A stretch of 64,000 nt of DNA, taken from positions 9,796,001-9,860,000 of the forward strand of contig OZ024742.1 of the NCBI GenBank assembly GCA_964016885.1. The letters are read 5' to 3'. The notes under the pieces are model-generated. The model saw nothing but the letters and a program-made list of their open reading frames with translations, was not told the origin of the DNA and made no database searches. Numbering within the stretch: the first letter of the stretch is position 1; every line of letters starts with the position of its first letter. Below, in pieces: positions 11,411 through 24,661 of the stretch. This DNA comes from Eledone cirrhosa (Eukaryota). The position numbers and the translations under genes were made by a program.

Positions 11411-12767
11411 ACAATATAAACAGTTTTATAGATAAATAGATTCGACATACCGTAACAACATCGACTTGTATTTGAAAAGTTGAATTGGCAGTGAAAAAAT
11501 TGTACACAGAGAGAAAGAAAGAGAGAAAAAAAAGAAAGAAAGACAGAAAACGAAGAAAAAGAAGAAAAAAGAAGAAATGCATGGAACAAAATAGAGAGAT
11601 GGAAAGATAGATAAAGAGAAGAACTTCACGTAAAGAAACAGAGAGAGAAATATATATATATATAGAGAGAGAGGAAATAGAGATAGATATATATATATAG
11701 AAAACTAGGTAGTGGGACGTCTGTTGAGTAAACGTATCAATGATACATTTATTTATTTATTTATTTATTTATTTAGCTCTAGTATTAATGTAAGGGAGAT
11801 ATATGTGGTTAGGATAGAAACCAGTTGTTATATAGAGAGAAAAATTAAAAATAACCAGACATAGGCGAGGCATAAAAACCCTATGTTTTAATGTAGAGGT
11901 ATTCGTATGTATAAAAACCCGCCACTATATTGTAAATATCAGTATTCCTGAATGAGACATGTATCCATAATGTGTGAAAATGATCTTATGTTTAGTTTTT
12001 TTTAAAAATTCATATGTTTATGTGATAACTACAAACATCTATGTGAATTTATATGATCAACTCTGCAAACCCTAAGCTCACGGAAAACATTCTCATTGTG
12101 CTATAATAATTTAAGTATACATATATGTGTATATATATACACACAAATATATATAGAGACAATATTACTACTATTCCTGTCTTTACTCTACAAGATTATC
12201 TATCAAGCAGAAATAGAGAGCAGATTTCAATATACTAATAAAAATATATATCAGAAACAAAAAATAACAATAATAATAATAATAAGTAATAATAAAATAG
12301 AAAACTAAAAAATATTACGAAAGAGTATTACATATTAAAAATATTACATATTAAAAATATTAAAAATAAAAATATTAGAAAATACTACAATAATAAAAAT
12401 AAACCACAAAGATCAACCCTTCAAAATTAATTGACAATATATTGCCAAGTTCATTATAAGTATCAGAGTCGAAAAACAGATAAAGCCAAAAATTATTTAT
12501 CAAATCGCATCTAGCAAAAATCATTTCAAAAAGTTTAGGATGCCCATTTGGTCTACATGTGTTCTTATATTTAATATAGAAGTTTATCTAGTGTAACGTT
12601 TATTCGAAATATTTGGAGCATCAACTTTTAGGGTAGCTTAATTTTTCATGAAGAATGTTTAAATAAAAATAAAAATAAAAATAAAAATAAAAATAAAAAG
12701 AATAAAAAGAAGAAATCAAAGATTTATCGGCTAGTTTCCCATATAATTATAAATCAAACTAAATATA

Positions 12768-13975
12768 CTACATTTTAAATTTAAATTTATATTTAAACGT
12801 TGAGTTTAATCTATGTTTGCAGCAACTGAATAAATTTGTCCGTAGATTAAGGGAATTTTTAGATTTTAGTATAAAGAATATCTCCTCTGCGCAGAGGTCA
12901 CATGTCTCAGAGGATGAATTAAAAGGAATCCCTCTTGAGACTATATTCCAAGCCGTCGAATATCTAACGTTATCTAGCTTAAGTTGCCAGAGTACGCCTG
13001 ATAGTGCCGTTGAAGATTTCTTGCTTGGATCTGTGAAAGAATTCTTGTGGTTATTATAGCGAAGTTTAAATTCCGTCGATGTGGAACCGATGTAGTTAAA
13101 AGAATTAGAGTCAGTTTTAACATTACAATTGTATACTATATTTTTAACTAAGCAGTTGTTATTTAACGGACATTTAGATCTATCTCTACAGTTACATTTG
13201 TTAACTTGTATATTATTTATGCTATTATCACTAGGTTTTAAGTTCCTATTATTTATTCTATTAATATTTTGTGCTAAATTTTTGGTGGATGAATAGGTTA
13301 ATTTAATTGTATGTCTATTGAAAATTGAGTGATACCTATGTGTTCTAGGGAAGCGATTATCAAGAGCTTTAAAAAATAGTTTAGCGATGTGGGTTTTAAT
13401 GTTTAGTGAGAAAGGGGGGGGGGGGGGGCAAACCAAATTATGTTCCTAGTTCTATTTCTTTTTTGGCCTTTGGAATTATTGTAATGCTTTCTATTATAGT
13501 TGTTAAGGTTGTTGCCGTAATTAAAATAGTTGTTATTTTGTTTAGTTTGTCTATCATTATCTATGTACATAATCTTATCAGCATATCCTGCTCTAGCTAA
13601 TGCTTCATTGTAGTATTGGGCTTTTTCGTCGAAAATCTTTCTATTCGACGAGATCCTAGAGATACGTTTTTGAACAGAGTTTACTATAGTGTTTTTGACA
13701 GATCTGGGGTGGTTAGAGTTAAAGTTGACATAGTTTAAGTTTTCATTCAACTTGTGAAAAGGATAGTGAAGACATGTGTTGAGATTTAATGTTATATCTA
13801 GGAAATTGACTATTCTATGGTTGTTCTCAATTTCTATTTTAAGATTAAAGTAATTAAAAAATTGTGTAATTTGTTTACATTTTCTATTTAGTTCAGAGTT
13901 ATTATTATCAATAAGTAAAAGCATGTCATCTCTATATAAACCTCCGGTAGTACCAGGTATTTTCCTATGTAGCGA
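12768..13975 (-). pseudogene. PLE RT/thumb - zinc motif - GIY-YIG fragment (Naiad-like)
   Basis: GGLYRDDML, VNFLDITLNL, SNHPRSV, IIWFAPPF, CNCRDRSKCPLNNNC, NIVY...YIGST..FKLRYNNH, CDLCAEE; frameshift in the G run at 13413-13428. Confidence 0.88.
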
Positions 13976-14178
13976 ATCTATCTTTCCATCTCTCTATTTT
14001 GTTCCATGCATTTCTTCTTTTTTCTTCTTTTTCTTCGTTTTCTGTCTTTCTTTCTTTTTTTTTCTCTCTTTCTTTCTCTCTGTGTACAATTTTTTCACTG
14101 CCAATTCAACTTTTCAAATACAAGTCGATGTTGTTACGGTATGTCGAATCTATTTATCTATAAAACTGTTTATATTGT

Positions 14179-14242
14179 AATTTGTCTGAGGAAGGCATAG
14201 CATATTGTTAATATGATATCCCTGAAATATATATAATGAAAT
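14179..14242 (+). ncRNA. Type I hammerhead ribozyme motif (inverted copy)
   Basis: CTGAGGA 14186-14192; GAAA 14224-14227; ATATATAT stem III; AUA site at 14235. Confidence 0.72.
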
Positions 14243-14284
14243 AAATATGGTTTTATAAATATAGTTTCCATTTATTTAATATTG

Positions 14285-14391
<107 letters not shown>

Positions 14392-14402
14392 ATTTATTGT
14401 GG

Positions 14403-14436
<34 letters not shown>

Positions 14437-15065
14437 GTTTAGACTAGTATGACTATTCCTCAGGTAATTATTTAATACTTAGGAGGGTAGAATGTAGGTA
14501 TTGTAAAAAAGTGCTCGACGGATGAGCTCTTGCGGCCGGGCACTCTCTCCGTGTGTCTGTATATGTATGACTACGAACATCTGGTTGACTGTACGATCAC
14601 TATAAATACGAGTATCTTTTTAAAATGTGTAATATATTCTTGAAGACGAAAATAGTGAACAGAATTGTCTGCGCGGAATGAAACCACCTAGTCCCTCGGG
14701 TGTCGGTCGAGACCATCTACCATTACAGTAATGTGTCCCGAGACACCAATTGTCATCTTGGCCCCGGTGTGCTGCTTAAATATACTCTCCAACCAGGGGG
14801 TGTAATGTGTGCACCTACACTTCCGTTTCCTTACTGTTCATTTCACATTGCTCCAGAATACTCGGCTAAAAATGAGTATCAGCAATACTCTGTATTGGAC
14901 TTGCGTTCTATCCAGGAGAAGTCTTGTACTCTCCGTTGCTTACCGCTACGGAGGAAAACGAAATAAGCTTGTTCTTGATGAGTCTCCGGTCTCGAGACAG
15001 ACTTTAGACTCTTTAGTGTACCATTATCCGATAATGAACTTCGTTATAAGAATCATTACAATTTG

Positions 15066-15303
15066 CATGGCTTAGTGGTTAGATCATTGGGCTTGCAATC
15101 GAAAGGTTGTGAATTCAATTATTAGACCGTGTGATGCGTTGTTTCCTTGAGCAGGACACTTTATTTCTCGTTATTCCAGTTTACTCAGCTGCAGAAATGA
15201 GATGATAGGACTGGGGTACCTATCATTAAATTACCCAAGACACCTCCAACTAGATATACCTTGGAGGAGGCCAGCTAAACCTGCATAGGTGTGAGCTGTC
15301 ACA
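15066..15303 (+). mobile_element. tRNA-derived SINE, CORE/Meta-like central domain
   Basis: Head GCATGGCTTAGTGGTTAG, degenerate B box, CCTTGAGCAGGACACTTT..CAGCTG..AAATGAG; second copy at 23738-23980. Confidence 0.8.
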
Positions 15304-15424
15304 CACACACATACTTTATTAACTTTATATATGTTGAATTCGCGAGGGGTGTACACTGAATCTAATCTGTTTTTTTTTAATATTGATTTATAATTTAGGC
15401 AAAAAGTCAGCAAATATTTGGAGG

Positions 15425-15550
15425 AGATCCAAACTTATTAAATCCACCCAAGTACTTGTCTTTTACTTGTTTTATTAACCCAAGAAAAATGAAGGTGACG
15501 TTGACATCGGCCGGGTTTGAACTCAGAATATAAAGAACCAGAAGGATATT
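15425..15550 (-). mobile_element. Diverged Nin-core SINE fragment
   Basis: TGAAGGTGACGTTGAC..GGTTTGAACTCAGAA matches the reverse complement of the 7535 family. Confidence 0.6.
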
Positions 15551-15574
15551 TTCTTTATGCTGAACGAATGTGGG

Positions 15575-17440
15575 GACTGGGTGATGTTAATGTGGGAGAG
15601 AGTGTTGGGGTTAATGTGGTAGACTGGAGTTATTAATGTGGGAGAGATTGGTGGTATTAATGTGGGAGACTAGTGGTATTAATGTGGGAGACTGGTGTTA
15701 TTAATATGGGAGAGATTGGTAGTATTAATGTGGGAGACTGGTGTTATTAATGTGGGAGACTGGTGTTATTAATATGGGAGAGATTGGTGGTATTAATGTG
15801 GGAGACGGGTGGTATTAATGTGGGAGATTGGTGTTATTAATATGGGAGAGATTGGTGGTATTAATGTGGGAGACTGGTTTTATTAATGTGGGAGACTGGT
15901 GTTATTAATGTGGGAGAGATTGGTGGTATTAATGTGGGAGACGGGTGTTATTAATGTGGGAGATTGGTGGTATTAATGTGGGAGATTGGTAGTATTAATG
16001 TGGGAGACTGGTGGTATTAATGTGGGAGACTGGTGTTATTAATATGGGAGAGATTGGTGGTATTAATGTGGGAGACTGGTGGTATTAATATGGGAGACTG
16101 GTGTTATTAATGTGGGAGACTGGTGTTATTAATATGGGAGAGATTGGTAGTATTAATGTGGGAGAGATTGGTGGTATTAATGTGGGAGACGGGTGTTATT
16201 AATGTGGGAGAGATTGGTGGTATTAATGTGGGAACTTGGTGTTATTAATGGGGGAGAGATTGGTGGTATTAATGTGAGAACTTGGTGGTATTAATGTGGG
16301 AGAGATTGGTGGTATTAATGTGGGAGAGATTGGTGGTATTAATGCGGGAGAGATTGGTGGTATTAATGCGGTAGAGATTAGTGGTATTAATGTGGGAACT
16401 TGGTGTTATTAATGTGGGAGAGATTGGTGGTATTAATGTGGGAGACTGGTGGTATTAATGTGGGAGAGATTGGTGGTATTAATGTGGGAGACTGGTGTTA
16501 TTAATGTGGGAGAGATTGGTGGTATTAATGTGGGAGAGATTGGTGGTATTAATGTGGGAGATTGGTAGTATTAATGTGGGAACTTGGTGTTATTAATGTG
16601 GGAGAGATTGGTGGTATTAATGTGAGAACTTGGTGGTATTAATGTGGGAGAGATTGGTGGTATTAATGTGGGAGAGATTGGTGGTATTAATGTGGGAGAG
16701 ATTGGTGGTATTAATGCGGGAGAGATTAGTGGTATTAATGTGGGAACTTGGTGTTATTAATGTGGGAGAGATTGGTGGTATTAATGTGGGAGACTGGTGG
16801 TATTAATGTGGGAGAGATTGGTGGTATTAATGTGGGAGACTGGTGTTATTAATGTGGGAGAGATTGGTGGTATTAATGTGGGAGAGATTGGTGGTATTAA
16901 TGTGGGAGACGGGTGTTATTAATGTGGGAGACTGGTGTTATTAATGTGGGAGAGATTGGTGGTATTAATGTGGGAGACTGGTGGTATTAATGTGGGAGAG
17001 ATTGGTGGTATTAATGTGGGAGACTGGTGTTATTAATGTGGGAGTTATTGGTGGTATTAATGTGGGAGACTGGCGTTATTAATGTTGGAGAGATTGGTGG
17101 TATTAATGTGGGAGACTGGCGTTATTAATGTGGGAGACTGGTGGTGTTATTCTGGGAGAGATTGGTGGTATCAATGTGGGAGACTGGTGGCGTTACTCTG
17201 GGAGAGATTGGTGGTATTAATGTGGGAGACTGGTGGTGTTACTCTGGGAGAAATTGGTGGTATTAATGTGGGAGACTGGTGGTGTTACTCTGGGAGAGAT
17301 TGATGGTATTAATGTGGGAGACTGGTGGTATTAATGTGGGAGAGATTGGTGGTATTAATGTGGGAGAGATTGGTGGTATTAATGTGGGAGAGATTGGTGG
17401 TATTAATGTGGGAGAGTGTTGACGTTAATGTGGTAGAGTT
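15575..17440. repeat. Minisatellite of interspersed 22/24-bp units (GGTGGTATTAATGTGGGAGAGATT / GGTGTTATTAATGTGGGAGACT), about 80 copies
   Basis: Direct reading. Confidence 0.95.
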
Positions 17441-18445
17441 GACTCCACACCATCTAACCACACTCTCCTGGTCCCCACCATCCAGTTGACTCCACATCTA
17501 AGTAGAAACAAATATTTCTTCACTCTAGTCTGGTAACTTGGCTGAATTATTAGTGTGTCGAATAAAGAAAGTTTGGGGTACTTGTTAAGGGTATTTAGGA
17601 GTTGAGATTAAATCTCTCCGAGGTTACATATACCTTTATTTCTCCAAATCGCCGCTAAATAGCACCATTAATATATTACATGGTGTATAACTTGATGATG
17701 GTTCGAATCCTGTCCAGGGACTTACCTTCAATGAAACTTTGATAAGATGTTGAATGGTGAGTCTGCCTCCCTAGCCAAACATATTTCTTCATTTTTTTCC
17801 ATTTGCATGTTCTCATCTTCGTGTTCTCATAGCCATCTATCTATTCAATAGAATCACAAAAATCCATTTAAAATAAGTTTTATAATTTGTTTTTCTTTGT
17901 AAAATAGATAATTTTATTTTTTCTAGCATTTGGAATACATCAACATTTTTGCTAATTAGATTGTTCAGTGTGAATAAATATATTTGTTAACCAGTAAATA
18001 AACTTATATCTGATATATTGCCTTACCGCGTTAACATTAATTTCTAATTTATAGACAATCATTATTTCCTAGAAACAGATTTAACATTTAAAATGGTGTT
18101 TCTCTTACAATATACAGATGAATGTTTCCTAACCATTGATGGAAAATAGCATTCCAGATTGTATATATACTTAATAATCCTCAGGTTTGCAACCAACAGG
18201 AAAATCGCATTTAAGTTTCTTCCTTCCTGAGTAACAATAACCGCTAGAATATATTTTAGTATTTATAAGCTTCCTTTACTTAATTCCAACATTTCAGATC
18301 AACAATAATTGTTCGATGCCTATAAGATAATAATGACAGGAGGAAGTGTATTGTGTTGATGAATAAAAGTATATCCTCACATGATATGTTGAAAATACTT
18401 CACTTCCTTACTTGCTTTAACTGTGTCTAATGTTAGACAACACAG

Positions 18446-18591
18446 GCGGCGAATTGGCAGAGTCGTTAGAATGTCGGGTACATTGTTTTCCGGTATTTGT
18501 TCAGGCTTTCTATTGTCTCAGTTCAAATCCCGCCGAGGTCAACTTTGCTTTTCATCTATTGAAGTCGAGAAAGTCTTGTACTGGGGTCAAT
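18446..18591 (+). mobile_element. tRNA-derived Nin-core SINE, diverged
   Basis: GGCGGCGAATTGGCAGAGTCGTTAG head; GTTCAAATCCCGCCGAGGTCAACTTTGCTTTTCATC. Confidence 0.78.
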
Positions 18592-19713
18592 TCTTTTTTT
18601 TTATATCTCTTTCTCACTTCCATTCTCTCACTCTCTCTCCTTATCTGGACGACATCTGCTGGATTCAGACCTGGACAGGAGATGGGATTTACCAGAACTA
18701 AAAAAATTCCCTAGAAACGATGTATTTCAATATGGCGACCCCACGGTTCCCTCAGGAATTATGGGACCATATACGCATGCAATGTTAGACAACAGAGTAA
18801 ATATTTTGCTCTTTATTCGCTCAAAATGCTATAATGTAAAAGTTGTTGCTTATAGAAAAAATTGGAATTTGGCCAATTAATTTTAAATAGCATCAAGTTA
18901 GATTCATCTAAACCATTAACCTACATTATTGATACTCTTTGATACATTTTTCCTGGCAAATGTAACACTGTGAGAGATACCGAATATATATCAAATCTAT
19001 AGATTCTTATATTTCAAAGATTGTTTTGTTCTTAGTTGACATATTTTTTAATACAAAGAATAACGAATCATTCGCATAACAATTGTTGTAAAAGTAATGG
19101 AGGTTTTGGTGGTGAAACAAGTCAGATTGATTATGTTGTTGTTCAGTTAAGTTACTTTTTTGCCCTACGATCGAATCTGTACATTTCCGTTAATATCTTT
19201 ATTGCTACCGTAGTCAATTCAATACCCCCAACATCATTCATAGTTTTTTGTCTGAATGGGATAAATATCTATGGCAAAAATACATCTTTTTGTAGCTGTG
19301 GTGTTGTATATAATAGCAGTAACACATATACATTGAACCAACAGTTTAATTTCCTTTCTATTCCCTAATAACTGATGTCTATTTCCAGTGTTAGAGGAGT
19401 ATACATGACACAACTAATTAATATTCTGAAAAGAATTTTGTTCGCGGCTCTAACAATTCTGGCACTCCTCCGCCACAACTTTACTTACAACCAACCAAAC
19501 TCAAATTTCGATATCTATGATTGCATAGTCCTCTAGGTTTAATAAGTTGGTTCTTTGGCTCCGTCTTGTGTCTAGATAACTAAACCCCATTCAGTAGTTC
19601 AGTCTACCAGGAAATATATGTAGACACTGAGAAGCCACACTGTTCTTTTCAGTACTGGAGCACGATTTTATGATTTCAGTTTCACTAAAACCAAATCTAC
19701 CCCTCTCCCTGTC

Positions 19714-19715
<2 letters not shown>

Positions 19716-19793
<78 letters not shown>

Positions 19794-19812
19794 GCTATCT
19801 ATCTGTCTATCT
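19716..19812. repeat. (ATCT)n microsatellite
   Basis: Direct reading. Confidence 0.95.
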
Positions 19813-20779
19813 ATATGTTCAATCTCTATCCCCCTCTCTCTCTCACACACACACACACACACTTTCTCCCCCTCTCTCTTGTACAATTTAGTCAAATAAC
19901 TGAAGGTATTAAGCCCGATACTGTATCAATTCAACTAATCCGCCTTCATGGTACATCACTTCTAATTATCAACTCTAACAATACTATAGTAAAGGACTAC
20001 AGATGAATGGATTAACGATAGTATATTACTGGTACTCATTCCAGCAACCTTGTTGAGGTGAGGATTATATCCAAATTTGAGTACCCTTATTTTCTCAATG
20101 ATGATTTGAACCCAGAATGTAGGACTAAAGTTTACATCTAGCCAAGCAGTCTCCCAAATCTATCAACTTCCTCTTCCCATCTTCTATACTCCACAGACAA
20201 TATTCTATAAATAATATATTGTGAAACAGACTTAGCGGGTTCTAATATCGATTAAGTAAATACGTATTTCCTCGAGCGTTTCTTTTTTCCGTGTTGAATA
20301 CAAGAGCATTTATCTTCTTAATTTGGCAGCATTTCAAGGGAGGAAATGTTTCCGAAAGTTACCCCAGGGAAATCACAGTAATATGGTTTCACTAACCACT
20401 GGGAAATGGCAATGAAAATAGACAAAAAAGTAAACTAAAGAACGACATAAACAAAAGGAAAAAATAAGGAATGAAATGATAGCGTCTGGCAGTCGAGATG
20501 ATGTAACAGGCTGTAATAGAATTATGGGAAATCTCCAGAAATGTCAGCTCTGCTAAGGAATAATTCTCTGATAAATACTTCTATATTTCGCCAAACATTG
20601 AGTCATGACGTCGTCATCCATTACATCTTTATTCTACAAATTTCTTCATTAATATTTTGCCTTCCTTTATTCCACTTTTTATAGAAAAATTCTTTCTCTA
20701 ATTCATAAGAAATGTTTTGTCGTTACTTGTTGCTAAAATTGTTATTGTTAATGTTGTTGTTGTTGATGTTGTTGGTGGT

Positions 20780-20805
20780 CTTCTTCTTCTTCTTCTTCTT
20801 CTTCT

Positions 20806-20869
<64 letters not shown>

Positions 20870-20870
20870 T
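20780..20870. repeat. (TTC)n-(TTTC)n microsatellite
   Basis: Direct reading. Confidence 0.95.
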
Positions 20871-21179
20871 GGTAGTTAACGCACATAGAATGGTTCACAT
20901 GCCGGTTTAAAATCTTGGGGGTCCTGCCTTCTTAAATAAGCTACAACGTTTGTTTATGAATAGAAAAGAAAATATTTTCTGCATGAATGAAATCTCCCCA
21001 CCCGCACAGACGGAAAATAAACGTAAACAATGATACCCATAAGATAATTACTTTCCCTTATGTGTTAGATTTGTACATTTCCATTTCATTTCTGTCGGAA
21101 ATTTTACGAATTTGTAGAGTGAGATATAGCATGCCTGACTGTCGCAAGATAGGTATTTCTAACAAAGAAGTGTAGGTAG

Positions 21180-21333
21180 AAATAAAATACTTTCCTCCAG
21201 ATGTGTATGTTTCCAAGATGTCACTGAAATAAAAGACTTCCTCTCCAGATGTGGGTGTTTCCAAGATGTCACCGAAATAAAATGTTTCTCTCCAGATGTG
21301 GGTGTTTCCAAGATGTCACCGAAATAAAATGTT
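21180..21333. repeat. Three copies of a 47-48 bp unit
   Basis: CCAGATGTG..TTTCCAAGATGTCAC.GAAATAAAA starting at 21197, 21245 and 21292. Confidence 0.85.
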
Positions 21334-21439
21334 TACGGAGGGTTTCGGTAGTTCCCGGGCAGTAGATAATGCATGTTGGCCACGCAGATATGTAAGCTGT
21401 TCTAACACAACGTAACTAAGGATTTACCACCTATCATCT

Positions 21440-21712
21440 AATCATCGTCATCATCATTTTACGTCCGCTTTTCCCTGCTTGTAAGGGTGGGACGGATCCT
21501 ATTCAGCACAGCATCTCTCCACTTCTCACCGTCCTTCGTCATCTCCTCTGTGAGCTTCAGCGGTCTGAAGTCCGCTCTCACTACCTCCGCCCATGTTTTT
21601 GGTGGTTTTCCTCTACTACGTCTTCCTTCTACTGGGATTTCTCGGCACTTCTTTACCCAGCGGTCATCCTCCATGCGAATCACATGTCCATACCATCTCA
21701 GTCTTCTCTCCT
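21440..21712 (-). mobile_element. 3' fragment of an RTE-clade LINE
   Basis: RLRWYGHVIRMEDDRWVKK..VEGRRSRGKPPKTWAEVV..D..EKWR is a typical RTE C-terminus; short (TGA)n-like tail. Confidence 0.85.
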
Positions 21713-21911
21713 AATATATAAGTCTAAAGTCTGCCTCGAGAAGGGAGGCTCAACGAGCCGGTGCTTATCCCTTGTTTTCCTGGCGATAACCGACTGAGAG
21801 TAAAATACTTTCCCCTGGAGAAGAAGCCAGTGTATCGCAGGTTTAAATCCCCAGCTATTTCTGGTAAACATTTTCAGCTGAGTATCCTGGAATAACGTTA
21901 TGAACAACACA

Positions 21912-21978
21912 ACAGTCCTGGAATCGAACCCACAACATTATGATGGTAAGCCCAACACCCTTACCACTAGGCCACCTA
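21912..21978 (-). mobile_element. tRNA-like SINE head
   Basis: Reverse complement: GGTGGCCTAGTGGTAAGG (A box) ... GGTTCGATTCC (B box). Confidence 0.65.
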
Positions 21979-22479
21979 CTTCAACATGGGCATATTCTAA
22001 TGTTTTATATCATACTGTGTTGATTATTGAGTGTTTTATAATACAATTACACATCTCTTTTGCTTCATCAAGTCAATCTGTAGAATTTATAACATCCTTA
22101 TCATCTCAACCTTTTATTTTATATAACATTGTCCAACCTATTTTAGACTCTATGTTTATAGTCTTTTCTGCCTTTCCATGCTCATGTATTTATAGGTAAA
22201 AAAACAACAATCATTATTTAAATCGCAGCGCTCCCCCCACCAACACCACCAACATTTACAATAACTTCCTAGTAAAAATGTGATATTGCTTTGTGTTGTT
22301 ATCATAAATATGTATTACAATTGATGTTATTATCATACCTACTGTTTTTTTCCTTTGGGGATGTTCTGTTTTCTTTTACTCGAAGTATACCCCACCCCAA
22401 CTGCCATTTACCTCCTTCTATTGACTCTCTTTGGTACTTGTCATCGATAAAAGAAATCATTATTACTTTTATTATTGTT

Positions 22480-22613
22480 ATCATCATCATCATCATCATC
22501 ATCTTCATCGTCATCTTCATCATCATCATCGTCATCGTCATCGTTATGGACATCGTCGTTGTTGTCGTCGTCGTCATCGTTAACGTTGTTGTTATTATTA
22601 TTATCATTACTAT

Positions 22614-22693
<80 letters not shown>
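22480..22693. repeat. Compound (CAT)n/(CGT)n/(TAT)n/(TAC)n trinucleotide tract
   Basis: Direct reading. Confidence 0.92.
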
Positions 22694-23737
22694 TCTTTGG
22701 TTATCGTATTAGCGAGATATTCCGAACTAGTGGAATGTGATTCTTGCCGGAATAAACACAGGAAGCTAGACTGTCGTTTCTTTGACATTTTCTACTGTCT
22801 TTTGTAAACAATAGCAACAAATATAACAACCTGCACCACTCAGAAGAACACATCTAACGGAGATCTGAAGAAAATGAACTTTCACCATACCAAGATTTGC
22901 GTTTGCGATAAAATGAATTAAAATACAATTTCATTTTCACAAAACATAGAAGAAAAAATATCACATTGGCAGATAACGACAAATGTCAACGTTTCAAACA
23001 ACAACAACAACAACAACAGCAATGACAATGATTTTATCATAAACACATAGAGAAACGCTTCGTCTATCGGAAATACAAATAAAAACAAAATGAGAGTTTT
23101 GACAATATTACTTCAAATAATGAATTTTATGTGGATTAAGGCCAAGCTTAATAGAAAGATTGGTAAAAATACTTTAGCAATCTCTCTCTTATTTAGATGA
23201 CATATTTAGTCGTAACCAGGAAAAGAGAAGATTTAAGTTACATATGGTTCAATAAAGCTGTAACAGATTTTAATAAACCCTTAAAGAAGCAACAGAGAAA
23301 AAAACCCTACTTGATGTTGGAAGAAGCCTTTCATACTTAGACCGAGCTAAGAAACATCGACTTGCTGTTCAAATCCAGTACGGATCGGAACATTCAACAG
23401 TAATTATTGGTGAAACTCCTGGGCGTCGACATATAAGGCAAAATATGAGTCAGCGCCAATGGAATGAGCGTGTCAGAAGTATTAATAGCTATTAAACACC
23501 TAGCTTTTGTTCACATTTGTGGAACAATATGGATGGGGTAAGATAAATGCGGAGGTCACGACAAATAACATGAGATCCAAATGTATTCTGAGTACCTTTT
23601 GAAGTTCTTATGACTACTAAAATTTCGGTAAATCTCTTTAGATTCAAATATGAAATCCAATCGAGATCATATCATAAATAATTATCCTTTTCCCGTGATA
23701 ATGTCATAGATATCAATGGCATAGAGAGGATGTTAAG

Positions 23738-23980
23738 GCGCATGGCTTAGTGGTTAGAACATTGGGCTTGCAATGGAAAGGTTGTGAGTTCAATTCTCAG
23801 ACCGGGTGATGTGTTGTTTCCCTGAGCAAGGCACTTTATTTCACGTTACTCCAATTTACTTAGCTGTAGAAATGAGATGATAGTACTGGGGTCCCTATCA
23901 TTCAAATCACCCAAGACACCTCCAACGAGATATACATTGGAGGAGGCCAGCTAAACCTGCATAGCTGTGAGGTGTCACAC
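23738..23980 (+). mobile_element. tRNA-derived SINE, same family as 15066-15303
   Basis: Collinear similarity to 15066-15303 over the whole length. Confidence 0.82.
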
Positions 23981-24260
23981 ATAGAGAGAGGATGGTGTAA
24001 AACGACTAACGACTGTTCTGTACCAATCTATGGGATTGTGTTGAAGAAAAACACAGTAGTAAATAAACTCAGTAGATGATCGTACAAAATGGCAGAAATT
24101 TGTAGATATTAGAAAAGACATTGTAATATGTCTTGTGTGTATACTAGGGATCCTCGCGGGTAAAAAAGCGGTGGAGTAACAGAAAGAAATGTTGTGAGTC
24201 GCGTCATTTATTACGTTCTGATATTAAACACGGCAACATTTTTGACGTTCATTCTCCCGG

Positions 24261-24322
24261 TAAGATTCAGTTGTGTACTAAGATTCAGTTGTGTACTAAG
24301 ATTCAGTTGTGTATTAAGATTC
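24261..24322. repeat. 18-bp tandem repeat TAAGATTCAGTTGTGTAC, about 3.4 copies
   Basis: Direct reading. Confidence 0.9.
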
Positions 24323-24661
24323 GACTATATCGATTGTAAATGTGATTATTTGTTTTGCTGAAAATCAAATACAGGTGAAGGAAGATTTGCGGAAACAGAA
24401 CTAAGAGAAGAGGGTAAAAGAAAAAAACAAACAGCTCTGTTAGAAGTATTTTCTTAAGGTTTAAATAGGACAATGACTTGACACATGGTTATCAGAGCCA
24501 CACAATTTGGTTTGCTTAATAAGGCTCATGAAGTGGAAGAGAGGAAAGCATATAATGCATAAATGATGATAGAGGTGCCCTGCTTCAAACTGAGAAACTA
24601 TAGGATATAATACTCCCGTTAAAGACAGAAAATATACGCAAGTAACAAGTACTTACATTGT

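Noticed and set aside
14700-15075. Two 88-aa ORFs in unique-looking sequence
   Set aside because: No recognisable motif and no convincing splice pair.
15575-17440. CRISPR-like periodicity; clustered Su(H)/CSL-like GTGGGA sites
   Set aside because: No unique spacers and eukaryotic context; most units read GTGGGAGA rather than the GTGGGAA consensus.
19036-19680. 110-aa plus ORF and a minus-strand GTAAGT near 19483 as downstream exons of the repeat gene
   Set aside because: Candidate minus frames contain stops and show no recognisable domain.
23278-23495. About 70 open codons on the plus strand (..GETPGRRHIRQ..QW..) faintly like an RTE C-terminus
   Set aside because: No start codon and similarity too weak to call without a profile search.
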